A stretch of 64,000 bases of DNA from Anthoceros angustus (taxonomy: Eukaryota > Plantae > Anthocerotophyta), in contig MU008171.1 in assembly GCA_010909165.1 (NCBI GenBank), forward strand, positions 186,001 to 250,000, in the 5' to 3' direction. Below the pieces are notes generated by a model that was given only the letters and a program-made list of their open reading frames with translations, did not search any database and was not told the origin of the DNA. The position numbers and the translations under genes are program-made. Position 1 is the stretch's first letter, and every line of letters starts with the position of its first letter. Shown here in pieces: positions 35,711 through 47,200 of the stretch.

Positions 35711-38334
35711 ATGGCCGCTTTTGCCGAGCTCGGTCTGGCGCCAGCCCTGGCGGATCACATTCGAGGTAGTCTTCCTGCTTCAGTTGCTAGACCTTCGTTG
35801 TGCCAACCCACTTCTTCTTCTCTGATTTTTTCTGGCAGCAGATTCAATCAAATTTGAGGCTCCCACCGCAATCCAGCAGGCCGCCATTCCCGTCATTCTA
35901 TCCGGCAAGGACGTGTATGCGTTTCCCCCTCTCTGGATTTCTGTTTCTGGATTGGCCGCTGGCCTTGTGCGGACTCTTCTGACTGGCAGGAATGCAGGCT
36001 TGTGAGGGCGGAGACTGGGACGGGCAAGACTCTGGCCTACCTTGCCCCTATGGTGAGCTTGCTGCAAGCATCCAAGGCCCGGGTGACTAGGGTTGACGGC
36101 ACCTTCGGTGAGCTTTTAGCAGCTTGTCTGGCAGCCCAGGACCCTGGAAGTGCAGTGTGTGACGGGGTAAAAGGCCAGCACTTGTGCTGGTCCCAACTCG
36201 GGAGTTGTGTGTGCAGGTCTGTGCCGTTGCCGAGCAGCTCCTGCGTCGGTTCGTCTGGCTGGTTCCGGGATGTGTCATGGGTGGGGAGAATCGGGCCAAG
36301 GAGAAGGCACGGCTGCGGAAAGGTTGGGAATGTGCATCAATTTTGCTCTGTACCACCGGTGGTTGCGTTGGCTGGTCTCATGCCTTATTTCTTTGCATCT
36401 TTTTCGTGCAGGTATTACGTTGCTTGTTGCTACTCCCGGTCGGCTGCTGGATCATCTGAAGAATACAGCTTCGTTTCGTCACGATTTGTTGCGTTGGGTC
36501 GTTTTTGACGAAGCCGACAGGTCATGTCTCTCTCTCTCTTTTTCTTTCTTTCTTTCTTTCATCGCAGTGCACTAAATGAGTGCGAAGCTTGATTTGGTTC
36601 ACAGCCCTGAAGAGTATGTTTCTGTGTGTTTGCAGGTTGTTGGATATGGGTTTCAAAAATGACATCCAAGAAATATTACGGGTACTGGATTCCTCGCATG
36701 ACAGAGCGGATGCTGGCCTCAGGCCCCAGGGCAGGCAGCATATGCTACTGTCTGCAACTTTGAATGAAGATGTGGAGAATCTGGCAACCCTTAGCCTTAA
36801 AGACCCAACCCTTGTCTTCGTTGGTGGGGAGGTTTCGGCACCTCCCGCACAACAGAACACTATGAGTTCAGGAAAGAGGAAGCGTTTGGAAGTAGATAGT
36901 GTGGCGCTGGACGACAGGGAGGGCCACACCAATTACTGCATCCCACAGCAGATTGAGCAAAACTACCTCCTAGGTATGTCTGAATTAGTTAGATCGTTTT
37001 TCTGAAGAGCTCAATCTGTGTTTTGATCATAGTGCTGCCCAGTTGAAGGCGTACAATGGTCCTAGCTTTTGCAGCCCCTGCTGTTTTTTGGTTAGACGGG
37101 AGACGGACTTGACATCAAGCCCTCCCTGTCATGTGACACTGAGTCAATCATGACATTTTGCTTCTGTAGTATCGTGCAGGCTAAGGCTAATTTCCCTTTT
37201 GTGCCTTCTGCATCAGAGATCATCGGTTGATGGAGCATGCAAGGTAAAACCTCAAATCAGTGCCGATGCTCGTCTTTGAAGGCATGCCCAAGGTATTTGC
37301 GGCTGGGGTCCTCAAACTAACCCGGGCTTTTTTCACTTGGTGACAGCTGGTGGCATTCTTTTCCACATGTGACTCAGTTGATTTTCACTTCAGTTTGGTA
37401 AATGGATTTCAGTGGTCACGTCAGTCCAAAGGAAAACAGACCGAGCTGGTGAAGGCATTTCCAGGTCGTTGCTTTCGTCTACATGGGAGCATGGATCAAA
37501 AGGAAAGGATGCAGTCGTATTTGGACTTCAGCAGGGCTGCACCTGCTTTGCTGCTTTGTACAGATGTAGCTGCAAGGGGTTTGGATTTTCAGGATGTAAC
37601 ATGTATTGTCCAGTATGACCCACCAGGCGATGCAGCAGACTACGTGCACAGGCAAGTTGTGTTGGCTCTTTATGGATTGTGACTTGGGTGATTGTAGTAG
37701 CCCGTGCTTGACTGGTTGAAGGGGTAGAAGCTGACTGCGGGAAATGCAGAGTGGGAAGGACTGCTCGCATCGGTCATCGAGGTGAGGCTGTTCTTTTTCT
37801 GCAGCCAAGGGAGGTGGATTACATGAAAGAGCTACAAACACATGGAGTGGCCCTGAAACGGCTTTCGCTTGAAGATGTATTGAGTTCTGTGCAAACAATC
37901 AGAGCACCAATGAAGGGTGACTGGAAGCGTCCAGAAATACATCCAACAACGATTGCAATGCACAGAGCATTGGAAGCCTTCATAGGCAGACAAGTAAGTC
38001 TTCTATACACGCCGAAGCAGCAGGTAGGATGTGCCGAGTGCCAGATTTGCATGTGCTCATATGTGGAAGTACTTTGCAGAGGGACCTGAGGCTACTTGCA
38101 GTGGATGCATTTCGCTCCTACGTTCGGGCGTATGCTGTACATCAAGGTGAGCTGAAGGGCATTTTCCACGTCCGAAACCTGCACCTGGGACATGTTGCGA
38201 AGAGTTTTGGGTTGTGTGATGCGCCTTCGATGCTGGGGCAGTCGTCTCATAAGCTGGAATTGAAAAGGAAGAGGAAGGAGCAGCAGCAAAGCAGGAAAAA
38301 GAGAAAACTTAAGCCTGCAGCTGTGACGATGTGA
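35711..38334 (+). CDS. RH17: DEAD-box RNA helicase, RH17/DDX31-DBP7-like, 10 exons, 569 aa
   Basis: Exons 35711-35765, 35839-35914, 35998-36107, 36179-36322, 36412-36520, 36636-36973, 37170-37243, 37347-37651, 37750-37993, 38080-38334 total 1710 nt. Motifs: Q motif, [73 protein letters not shown]. Confidence 0.93.
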
Positions 38335-38531
38335 AGTAGAAGGGCAATCCTATGGAGGCCTCCGGTTTGGCAGTCTCAGACCACCCACTGAAATCTTCCG
38401 CCAGTGGCAGAGGTTTTGAAACTGGCTGTCCAATTGCGCTCTGTTATATCTACCGGTAACACCCGAGTAACAGAATTTCCGCACACCCGTGGCGGGATGT
38501 GCGTGTTATTGGACGGCCGGGTTTTTGTGAG

Positions 38532-38640
38532 GGTGGCGGGAGTGTTTCAGTCGCGGGTGGTGGAAGTGTTTCAGTCGCGGGTGGTGGAAGTGTTTCAGTC
38601 GCGGGTGGTGGGAGTGTTTCAGTCGCGGGTGGTGAGAGTG
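38532..38640. repeat. 24-bp tandem repeat, ~4.5 copies
   Basis: Unit ggtggtggaagtgtttcagtcgcg is read directly. Confidence 0.9.
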
Positions 38641-38799
38641 AAGGAGTCGCGGAACCGCCGTATCGGATTTTCGTTTTATCCAATGTGGATGGTTGTTTCT
38701 CGACTCATTTCATACTTCCAGTCAATGGGTTTCTAAGCGTTGCTGTTTTGGTTTTCGCTTCACATGCGACGTATTGTTTAATGAGGAATCAGTGGTCAA

Positions 38800-38948
38800 G
38801 GGTGGTTTTGTCGCTCCAAGGATGGTTTAGTCGCTCCAAGGGTAGTTTTGTCGCTCCAAGGGTGGTTTTGTTGCTCCAAGGGGGGTTTTGTCGCTCCAAG
38901 GGTTGGTTTTGTCACTCCAAGGGTGGTTTTGTTGCTCCAAGGGTGGTT
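38800..38948. repeat. ~20-bp tandem repeat, ~7 copies
   Basis: Unit gggtggttttgtcgctccaa with variants. Confidence 0.85.
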
Positions 38949-39045
38949 CTTCCGGCCATAGGGAGGTGGCGTCCCGTCTCCGTCAGTTCTGCATCGGGGA
39001 CTAAGAAGGGACTAAGAAGTTCTGCAGGAGGAAGGGGAGCACGCA

Positions 39046-40575
39046 GTGAGATGTAGGTTGGAGGTTGCCAAGGTGGATCAAGTCTGTCAGGACCCCGCCA
39101 TGGTGCGGTTCAAGAGATGTCTCTTGCTAGGCCGTCCTGTGGAATACACCTGGACCGCCCGAGCACTTTGCCCGGAGCCGGTGACACCAACGTCCAAGGA
39201 CACCATCTCTGCAGTCCGTGCCCTTCATCCGGCCCCACATGACCTTATTCCACAGGATGTCCTGGATTACATGTCGGAGGAGCCTTTTTGTCTCCACAGA
39301 GCGATCTTCGGTAGGGCTTTTACCATTGCCCCTTGGCTTTCTTCGAGTGGTCTTTCTGAGATAGTCTATGATCACCTTCGGGATTACTCTGCTCCCAACA
39401 ATCCTTCTAGCGATTTCTCGAAGCTCTTCATTCTAGCAGCAATAGTGGCCAGGGATGAGAGTTCTCACCGGATCGACTTGCTTTTAGGGGCACATGTCTT
39501 GCCACTGCCCCGCTGCTTTCTTCGGGTGGTCTTTCTGGGACAATCTATGATTACCTTCGGGATTACTTTGCTCCCGAGGATCCTTCTATACGCATGGACC
39601 GCCTGGGCACTCCGCTCGGAGATGGTGGCATCAATCTCCGAGGACACCATCTCTACACTTCGTGCCCTTCATCCGCCCCCATATGACCTTATTCCACATG
39701 ATATCGTGGATTACGTGCCGAAGGAACCTTTTTGTCTCCAAAGGGCGGCTTCGGTAGGGCTCTTGCCTCTAGCCCGCGGCTTTCTTTGGGTGGTCTGTCC
39801 GAGACAGTCTATGATCAGCTTCGGGATTACTTTGCTCCCGAAGATTCTTCTAACAGTTTCTCGGAGCTCTTCATTTTAGCGGCGGTAGTGGCCAGGGATG
39901 AGACTTCTCACCCGATCGACTCGTTTTTGGGGGCACAGGTTTGCTGGCCATGGAGGCCTCGGCGCCGGTGGCCTTCCTTGGGAGCTAGGCCCTCTCTCGG
40001 GCGTTGAGGAGAGGGCCTTCCCTTTGTAGGCTTCCCTTCAATTGGCCAGGGACTCCCTTTCCTCCGAGGCTAGGGCTGCCATGCCTCCCTTTTCCTCGTT
40101 TTCCATGGAAGGGCTACGTGGCCTTCAGGCTTCTATCCAGGAGAAGCAGTACGGGCAGGCATAAAAGGCAATCCTTCTGGACTCTATTATTCCTCAGCCT
40201 ATTTGTGCCCGCATCCACTCTTGCATGGAGGCATTCCAAATCGCACCAGCTTCTTTTTTTACTGTGATGAGGTTCTCCCTGGGTTTGGTCTAGCCTCTAG
40301 CCAGTTCTCTCTCAGTTTGCAGTTGTGGGGCCCCCCTCGACCACTCAAGGTCCTACCTGGCTCGCTATCCAATTGAAGGGCAACGTATCGCTACGCATGA
40401 TGCCGTTCGCGATGTCATGTTCTCGATGGCCAGCAGGCTATGGGCAAGGATTTTTCCGGCTCATTAAGCATTGTGCTAAAGCCTACCACAATCATCGGAA
40501 CGGGGTGGGTCTCCCTCTTCCCTCAATGGTGGCTTTCTTTCGACAGCGGGTATCCATCGCTTTGTAGGTGGCACT
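39046..40575 (+). mobile_element. Rearranged CRE-clade non-LTR retrotransposon fragment (RT N-terminal region, internally duplicated, then zinc finger/C-terminus)
   Basis: ARALCPEPVTPTSKDTISAVRALHP...SSGLSEIVYDHLRD...LFILAAIVAR is repeated at 39190-39480 and 39630-39930. It is followed by CSCGAPLDH...RIATHDAVRD and FFRQRVSIAL. Confidence 0.7.
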
Positions 40576-40599
40576 GGTCAACGCTATTTGCAGGACGGC

Positions 40600-41945
40600 A
40601 ACAAGTGCAGGAGATGTGGCATCAAGGTCAAAAATAGGTCTGCCCTAAGCGAAACCCCGTTGAGCAAGGTGTAACGGCGATCCCTAAATGGAAGGAACCC
40701 GCCTTCCCTAGCAATAGACAACATAACGTCCCGGATGGCGTCATGTGTAGCGATACGCTGCCAACCCGCGGGACAGCGAGCCAAGTGTGTCCCAAAGTCA
40801 TCGAGAGGGGCCCCGCAACTACAAGTTGAAATAGAGCAAGCCATAGGATGGACCAAGCCAAGGCAAAAAGCGCATCGCAGTAGAATAAGTTGCTGGTGCG
40901 ATGCGGAACGCCTGAATACTAGGTCGAGCCAGAAGCCATGAACCTACCCCCTTTCCTGAGCAAGAGCAGAGACACCTGAAGCCCCCACAGCCCAACCTCG
41001 GAAAGCAAGGAAAAAGACGGCATGGCTGCCCTCGCCTCGGAGGATAAAGAGTCCCTGGCTAATCTTAGTGAGGCCTGCATGGGAAAAGTCCCCTCCTCAA
41101 CGTTTGCAATAAAAGCCTCCAGAATATGTGAATGACGAATTAAGAAACGGGAGGACAAGATGGGGGCAGAGAGAGCCCAGCTCTCTAAGAAAGCTGCTAG
41201 CGCGAAGGCCTCCGTGGCCAACAGAGCAGTGCCCCCAAAAATGATGGGAAGGAATGCCTGCCACTTCACAAGATCCCCGGCCGCACACTCGAAGGTGCCT
41301 GGGCCGATGATGTTGCCTAAAACTTGCATAAGTCGCTTGTCGAAATTCCTTAGTCTAGACAAGAAAACCGGGGAGGGGGCAACCGTTCGGAGAAGGTACC
41401 CTGGCCGGCGCGCAAAACAAAAGGAGAGGATCCTAAACGCCACTTGCGGGTCTCCCAGTTGAGAAAGGTTGTCAATGTGCACCAAATCCTCAGCCACAGC
41501 CGCGTCCACATAATCCTGGGTGAAGGCAGGAGGCCCAATCGGGACACCAAGAACCCGAAGCCCCGGCAAAGAAGCAATATCCCCTTTCGGATACCGTAGA
41601 AAAGGCACAACGCCAGAGGGAGACCAAACCTTGCACTTGATGATTTTGACCTTCAAATCGAGACGAGAGAGCTCTCAAGCTAAGAAATCAAACGCCACTT
41701 TAACCTTGTCTCCAGGCCCCGAGGATATGGGTATCGTCGGCCACAGACAGATACAAACATTCCTACACCGAAGAGGCAGTAGAAGACAAAGCCCTGAAAT
41801 GCGCCATGGCAAAGAGAGCACCTCCCAGAGGGTCACTTTGCCTAGTGCCCGTCGATACCCCCTTCCTCCGAGAGGCCATGCTGATAATAGAAGTTGGAAG
41901 GAGACCCATAAAAGGAGCGGACAAAAGGAATAAGGCTGGCCAACT
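40600..41945 (-). mobile_element. CRE-clade non-LTR retrotransposon fragment (RT core to zinc finger)
   Basis: LIPFVRSFYG, TGTRQSDPLGGALFAMAHFRAL, KCKVWSP, GLRVLGVPIGPPAF, LGDPQVAFRILSFCFARRPGYLLRTV, CSCGAPLDDFGTHLARCPAGWQRIATHDAIRD, LRADL. Confidence 0.8.
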
Positions 41946-42179
41946 ACCCACCTACGTTCTTGAGTTCGTCGAAGATCACCAAATTAAGATTATGGTATGA
42001 AAGAACATGGGAAGTTCAAATCCCAATGTGAACATTTTGACTCTCCATTAACCTCTGATTGAGCTATGAAAGATGTGGGTTCAAATCCTATTGTCAACAT
42101 TTCCCCTCTCCAGTATAATACCTTCGGTGATATTATTTTGTTATTCTTGATGTTAAAAAGAACAACATATTATCATCAC

Positions 42180-42790
42180 AGCATGAGAGGTGTGTGTTTT
42201 TCTATATCTTAGAAGCATGAGAGTGTCCTTTTTTTATATCTTAGAAGCATGAGAGGTACGTCTTTTTGTTTTTCATATTATTAAAAAAAACATCATACAT
42301 CATACTATCATCATAGCATGAGAGCTATGCCGTTTTCTATGTGTTAGAAGCATGAGAGGTGTGCCGTTTTTCATACCTCAGAAGCATGGGAAGTGTATCG
42401 TTTTGTTATTGTTGTTGTTAAAAACAACATCATACATCATATTATCATCATATTATGAGAGGTGTGTCGTTTTCCATATCTTAGAAGCATGAGAGTGTGC
42501 CATTTTCTATATCTTAGAAGCATGAGAGTGTGTCACTTTCTATATCTTAGAAGCATGAGAGTGTGTCATTTTCTATATCTTAGAAGCATGAGAGATGTGT
42601 AGTTTTCTATCTCAGAAGCATGTTCAATATTTTCTAGGTTAAACTACACCTGCAACGTTATTCTTGTTATTAAAACCAACATTATATTATCATCATAACA
42701 TGAGAGGTATGTTGTTTCCTATATCTTAGAAGCATATGTGTACTAATTTCTATGTCTTGGAAGCATGAGAAGTGTGTCGTTTTCTAAGTT
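42180..42790. repeat. AT-rich ~33-bp minisatellite with higher-order structure (second copy 43378-43980)
   Basis: About 15 units of tatatcttagaagcatgagagtgtgtcattttc. Every few units carry an aacatcatacatcatattatcatcata-type insert. Confidence 0.9.
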
Positions 42791-42829
42791 TTCTGGGTTA
42801 AACTATACATACAATATAAAAGGCTTGAG

Positions 42830-43035
42830 ATAATTTTATGATCCTTCCATTTTCTTCTCAAGTCCTCCGCTAAGGCTTATCATGCCCGCAATCACGAAGC
42901 AACGCTATTTCTCTTATTTTATGGCATTCTTCATATAGCGAGTTTCAATTTCTCTTCAATGGGCCCTCTACGTAGTTTCAATTGCTCTTCAACGGGCCCT
43001 CTACGGTGATCATCCACAAAGTAGCGATAGGTGGG
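42830..43035 (+). mobile_element. CRE element C-terminal fragment (duplicated at 44030-44233)
   Basis: SAKAYHARNHEA...RVSIALQRAL...IIHK is homologous to the RLE-end of the 7.6-9.4 kb copy. Confidence 0.6.
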
Positions 43036-44233
43036 TGACCGTGGCTACCGACCTCTTGGGGGTCAGGAATAAGTTGGGTTTTGTTTTTTCGTAGGTTCGG
43101 TGAAAATAAGACTAAAAGGAGCGGACAAAGGAATAAGGCTGGCTACCCACCTACGTTCTTGAGTTAGGAAGATCACCAAATTAAGATTATGGTATGAAAG
43201 AACATGGGAAGTTCAAATCCCAATGTGAACATTTTGACTCTCCATTAACCTCTGATTGAGCTATGAAAGATGTGGGTTCAAATCCTATTGTCAACATTTC
43301 CTCTCCAAGATAATACCTTCGGTGATATTATTTTGTTATTCTTGATGTTAAAAAGAACAACATATTATCATCACAAAGATGAGAGGTGTGTGTTTTCTAT
43401 ATCTTAGAAGCATGAGAGTGTCCTTTTTTATATCTTAGAAGCATGAGAGGTACGCCTTTTGTTTTCATATTATTAAAAAACATCATACATCATACTATCA
43501 TCATAGCATGAGAGCTATGCCGTTTTCTATGTGTTAGAAGCATGAGAGGTGTGCCGTTTTTCATACCTCAGAAGCATGGGAAGTGTATCGTTTTGTTATT
43601 GTTGTTGTTAAAAACAACATCATACATCATATTATCATCATATTATGAGAGGTGTGTCGTTTTCCATATCTTAGAAGCATGAGAGTGTGCCATTTTCTAT
43701 ATCTTAGAAGCATGAGAGTGTGTCACTTTCTATATCTTAGAAGCATGAGAGTGTGTCATTTTCTATATCTTAGAAGCATGAGAGATGTGTAGTTTTCTAT
43801 CTCGGAAGCATGTTCAATATTTTCTAGTTAAACTACACACTGGCGTTATTCTTGTTATTAAAACCAACATTATATTATCATCATAACATGAGAGGTATGT
43901 TGTTTCTATATCTTAGAAGCATATGTGTACTAATTTCTATGTCTTGGAAGCATGAGAAGTGTGTCGTTTTCTAAGTTTTCTGGGTTAAACTATACATACA
44001 ATATAAAAGGCTTGAGATAATTTTATGATCCTTCCATTTTCTTCTCAAGTCCTCCGCTAAGGCTTATCATGCCCGCAATCACGAAGCAACGCTATTTCTC
44101 TTATTTTATGGCATTCTTCATATAGCGAGTTTCAATTTCTCTTCAATGGGCCCTCTCTACGACGAGTTTCAATTGCTCTTCAACGGGCCCTCTCTACGGT
44201 GATCATCCACAAAGTAGCGATAGCAGGGGTGAC

Positions 44234-47200
44234 TGTGGGCTACGGACTCCTCTTGGGGGTCAGGAAATAAGTTGGGTTTTGTTTTTTTTCGTAGGTTCGA
44301 AGTGTAAAATAAGACGGAAAAGGAGGAATAAGCACGGACGGCACTCCGGACTGTGCTCGAGTGCACCGGACCGGAGGTAACGACCTCGGTACCACCACGA
44401 AGAACCTCGGACCGCGACCGGGTATTGGATAAGTCCGACCCCACTCCGGTCAAAACAGATAAGTACGCCAAGGAAAGTAACTTAGAAGTTGGGTCGTGAG
44501 TTAGGCCGGGCGCCACGTGGGCGGCCCGGAATGGAAGGCAGGCATCACTGAGCCGGCCGTAGCCTTGCCGGGGGGCCGTTATAAGCGGTATTAGCTACGC
44601 CAGCGTCTTTGCGCGGTAAGGCGGAGTAGGCGGAGGCGTAAGGCGGAGGCGTAAGGCGAGTAAGCCATGTGCCCCCGAGGCCACGGACAAAGAAGAGCCA
44701 CCCTCCGTGACTTCCGACGGGAGGCAAGGCGAGGTCATTCTCCCAAGTAACTTCGCACGATCTTCGCCCGCCTCGACACCCGGCCCGGGCGTTGTCTTTT
44801 GATCACCTGCAGCACCCTTCAGCCGACTTCGCGGAGGAAGCAATTGACGCCGCCAAGGAGCGGACGATCATGCCTCACACTCCAACAAATGGGATGTATG
44901 AGCGGGAGATGGGACCCAAGAAAGCGGGCGGAGGTCCGGGCGCCATGGAACTTGGTGGAGCGCAACATTGTCACCCGGCTATCCTGCCGGGCCGGAGGAG
45001 GCGGGGAGTTGGTCGAGTGGCACTGGACGCTTCAGTGCTCGACATTTGACAAGTGTCACCCTAGTCCGGAGTACGCCAAGATGTTGGCAGCAACAAGGAG
45101 GTTCGGCAAGAGCCTTCGAGGACCCTGTGGAGGTGGATGGAGGTCCCGAGGCGGTGTACAACCGCCCAATGGAGGAATTGGGGGCGAGTCCCAACCCCTC
45201 AAGGCCGAGGGAAGATAGGCGGCAAAGGCCGCCCATCCGTGAACGCAACGGACCACCAATGGCCGGCCGGGCCTGAGGCGACGAGGGTGCGAGCAAAGGG
45301 CCGTGATAATTGTCCATCGAACATGCTCACCAAGGTAGATCACCTTGGTGACAATCCTGTTCCCGCATGCGCGCTGCAGAGAGGAAGGCGCGAGATCGGG
45401 AAGGATCATCTTCGCCAGATCAATCGGGAAGCTCACAAGCCGAGGTGTGAGAAGCCTCCGCCGGCGCTATCGCTCTAATTCATGTGGGCACGCGGACCTC
45501 CTCAAGGAGGGAAGAGAGCGTGACCCCAAGGGACCGCCGCCCTACGGGAGGCGTAAGGAAGAACCTGAGGTGGAAGCCCGGCCCGTGTCCCGAGCAAGAG
45601 GGCGGAGGAGGACGACGGAGGGGAATCCTGCATTCCATACGCTTGAGCGGACTCCCTCGCCACCAAGGGAAGTGTGGGAGGACATCCTCGCTTCCTCCTC
45701 CCCGTGCCCCCACCGAGCAGCAAGCAGAGGCGGCCCAGAGGCGAGGAGGCGGCCCGGCCCGATGCCTCACCCACCACCACGACGGCAGATGAGCCCCGGC
45801 GGACTCGTCGGGGCGAGGTGGAAGACGGTGCCACCCGCCAACGCAACACCCCGACGGCGCCGTGCCCCGCCAACGGAGTGGCAAGAAGTCAAGAGGCGAG
45901 AAGGGCAAAGGGACGCCGCCAAGGAGCGGGAGGCCACCGCAGCCCACCCGAGCCGGGTCCTGCCTCCGACGGGAGAGGCAAGAGGGTCACCTCCCCAACC
46001 CCTCACCCTCCGAGCCCTGTGGAGAAAGAGGCGAACAAGGAATTGGCGGCCAAGAGGGCCAAAGAAGGTGAGGCTCGACTCAGACTGTGGACCTAAGGGC
46101 CTGATTAGGACCGAGAGCCCAGCCGGACTCGCCTCCGGACGGAGATGGAGGTCCTCGAGAGATGCCCGCCCACAACGGACTTCTTGGGGCCTCACAGGGC
46201 CGTGGAAGAGACACGGCGGTTCCGGCTACCGGCCATGGACGGTATGCTCTGGGTCTCGGGGACGGCCGAGAAGACCTGTGGAGGTGGAAGCCACAAGGAG
46301 GCGATGGTGCTCCTCCAGAGCAGATGGAGGCGGCCCAGAGGCGAGGAGGAAGGCGAAGCTCGGCCGCATCGAGGAAGGAAGCGCCGGAGGCCGAGAGGGA
46401 AGTCCGTCCATTCGACAGATCGGACTAAGTTTCTTCACCGAGTGAGCAAGGGCAGCAGAGGCCCAAGCACGGCCGAGGATCTCGCCAACGGCGAGGAGGC
46501 GCAGCAGAGGCGAGAGGGCTCGAGACCTAGCCGAGGCGGCCGCCGCCCAACACAGACTCGAGGCTCACCAAGGCACGGAAGCGGAAGCCACAAGGAGGCG
46601 GCCGGGATCACTATCGACGTGATCGAACCGTGGAGGGAGACGGCTGGGCAGCTGCCAACTCAAGGCCGAGCAGCTGGAGCACCTGGCCGAGCCGTGAGGA
46701 GGCGCTGGAGGTCAGCACCCGGGAGATCGGGGACCCTGTGGTGCCGCAGGAGGTAGAAGGCGGCGGGGAGGAGCCGGAGGACAAGAAGGATACCTTGAGC
46801 CGCAACTCCAAGACGACGAGCAAAGCAGGGGTTCTCAACGAGAGAATTCAAGACTTCGAGAGATAGAGCGCCCAGCCCGCTTGAAGACGGAGGAGAATAG
46901 GCGACGGCAAGGAGTTTGACGCGAGGCCGCAGCAGGAGGTGGAGGAAGTCGAGTCTGACGGGATACCGCCCGCCGGAGAAGGAAGTAGCGGACCTCGGGA
47001 AAGGATAAACGGAGGAAGAAAGCATTGGAGGAGAAGCAACACCGTCATCTCCTACAGGAAGGAGAGGAGCTCACCCATGGCCCGCAAACCGCAGAAATGA
47101 ACACGACGGAGGAGGAGAACGCCGAGCAGCAGGCCGCAGGAGGTGACGAGGCCGCCTTGACGGCATCAAGGAGTCCGCCCGCCAGCTGGTAAGCTTAGCC

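Larger units (their letters stand above)
41915..44320. repeat. ~1.2 kb tandem duplication (41915-43115 / 43116-44320)
   Basis: Both units run ...ggagcggacaaa(a)ggaataaggctggc..ctacccacctacgttcttgagtt, then the minisatellite, the CRE tail and the first ~80 bp of the LTR-like element. They differ mostly by 1-2 nt indels. Confidence 0.9.

Noticed and set aside
42180-43980. CRISPR-like array (conserved ttagaagcatgagag core with variable intervening sequence)
   Set aside because: The intervening segments are short and homologous to each other, the cores are degenerate, there are no cas genes, and the context is eukaryotic. It is a minisatellite.
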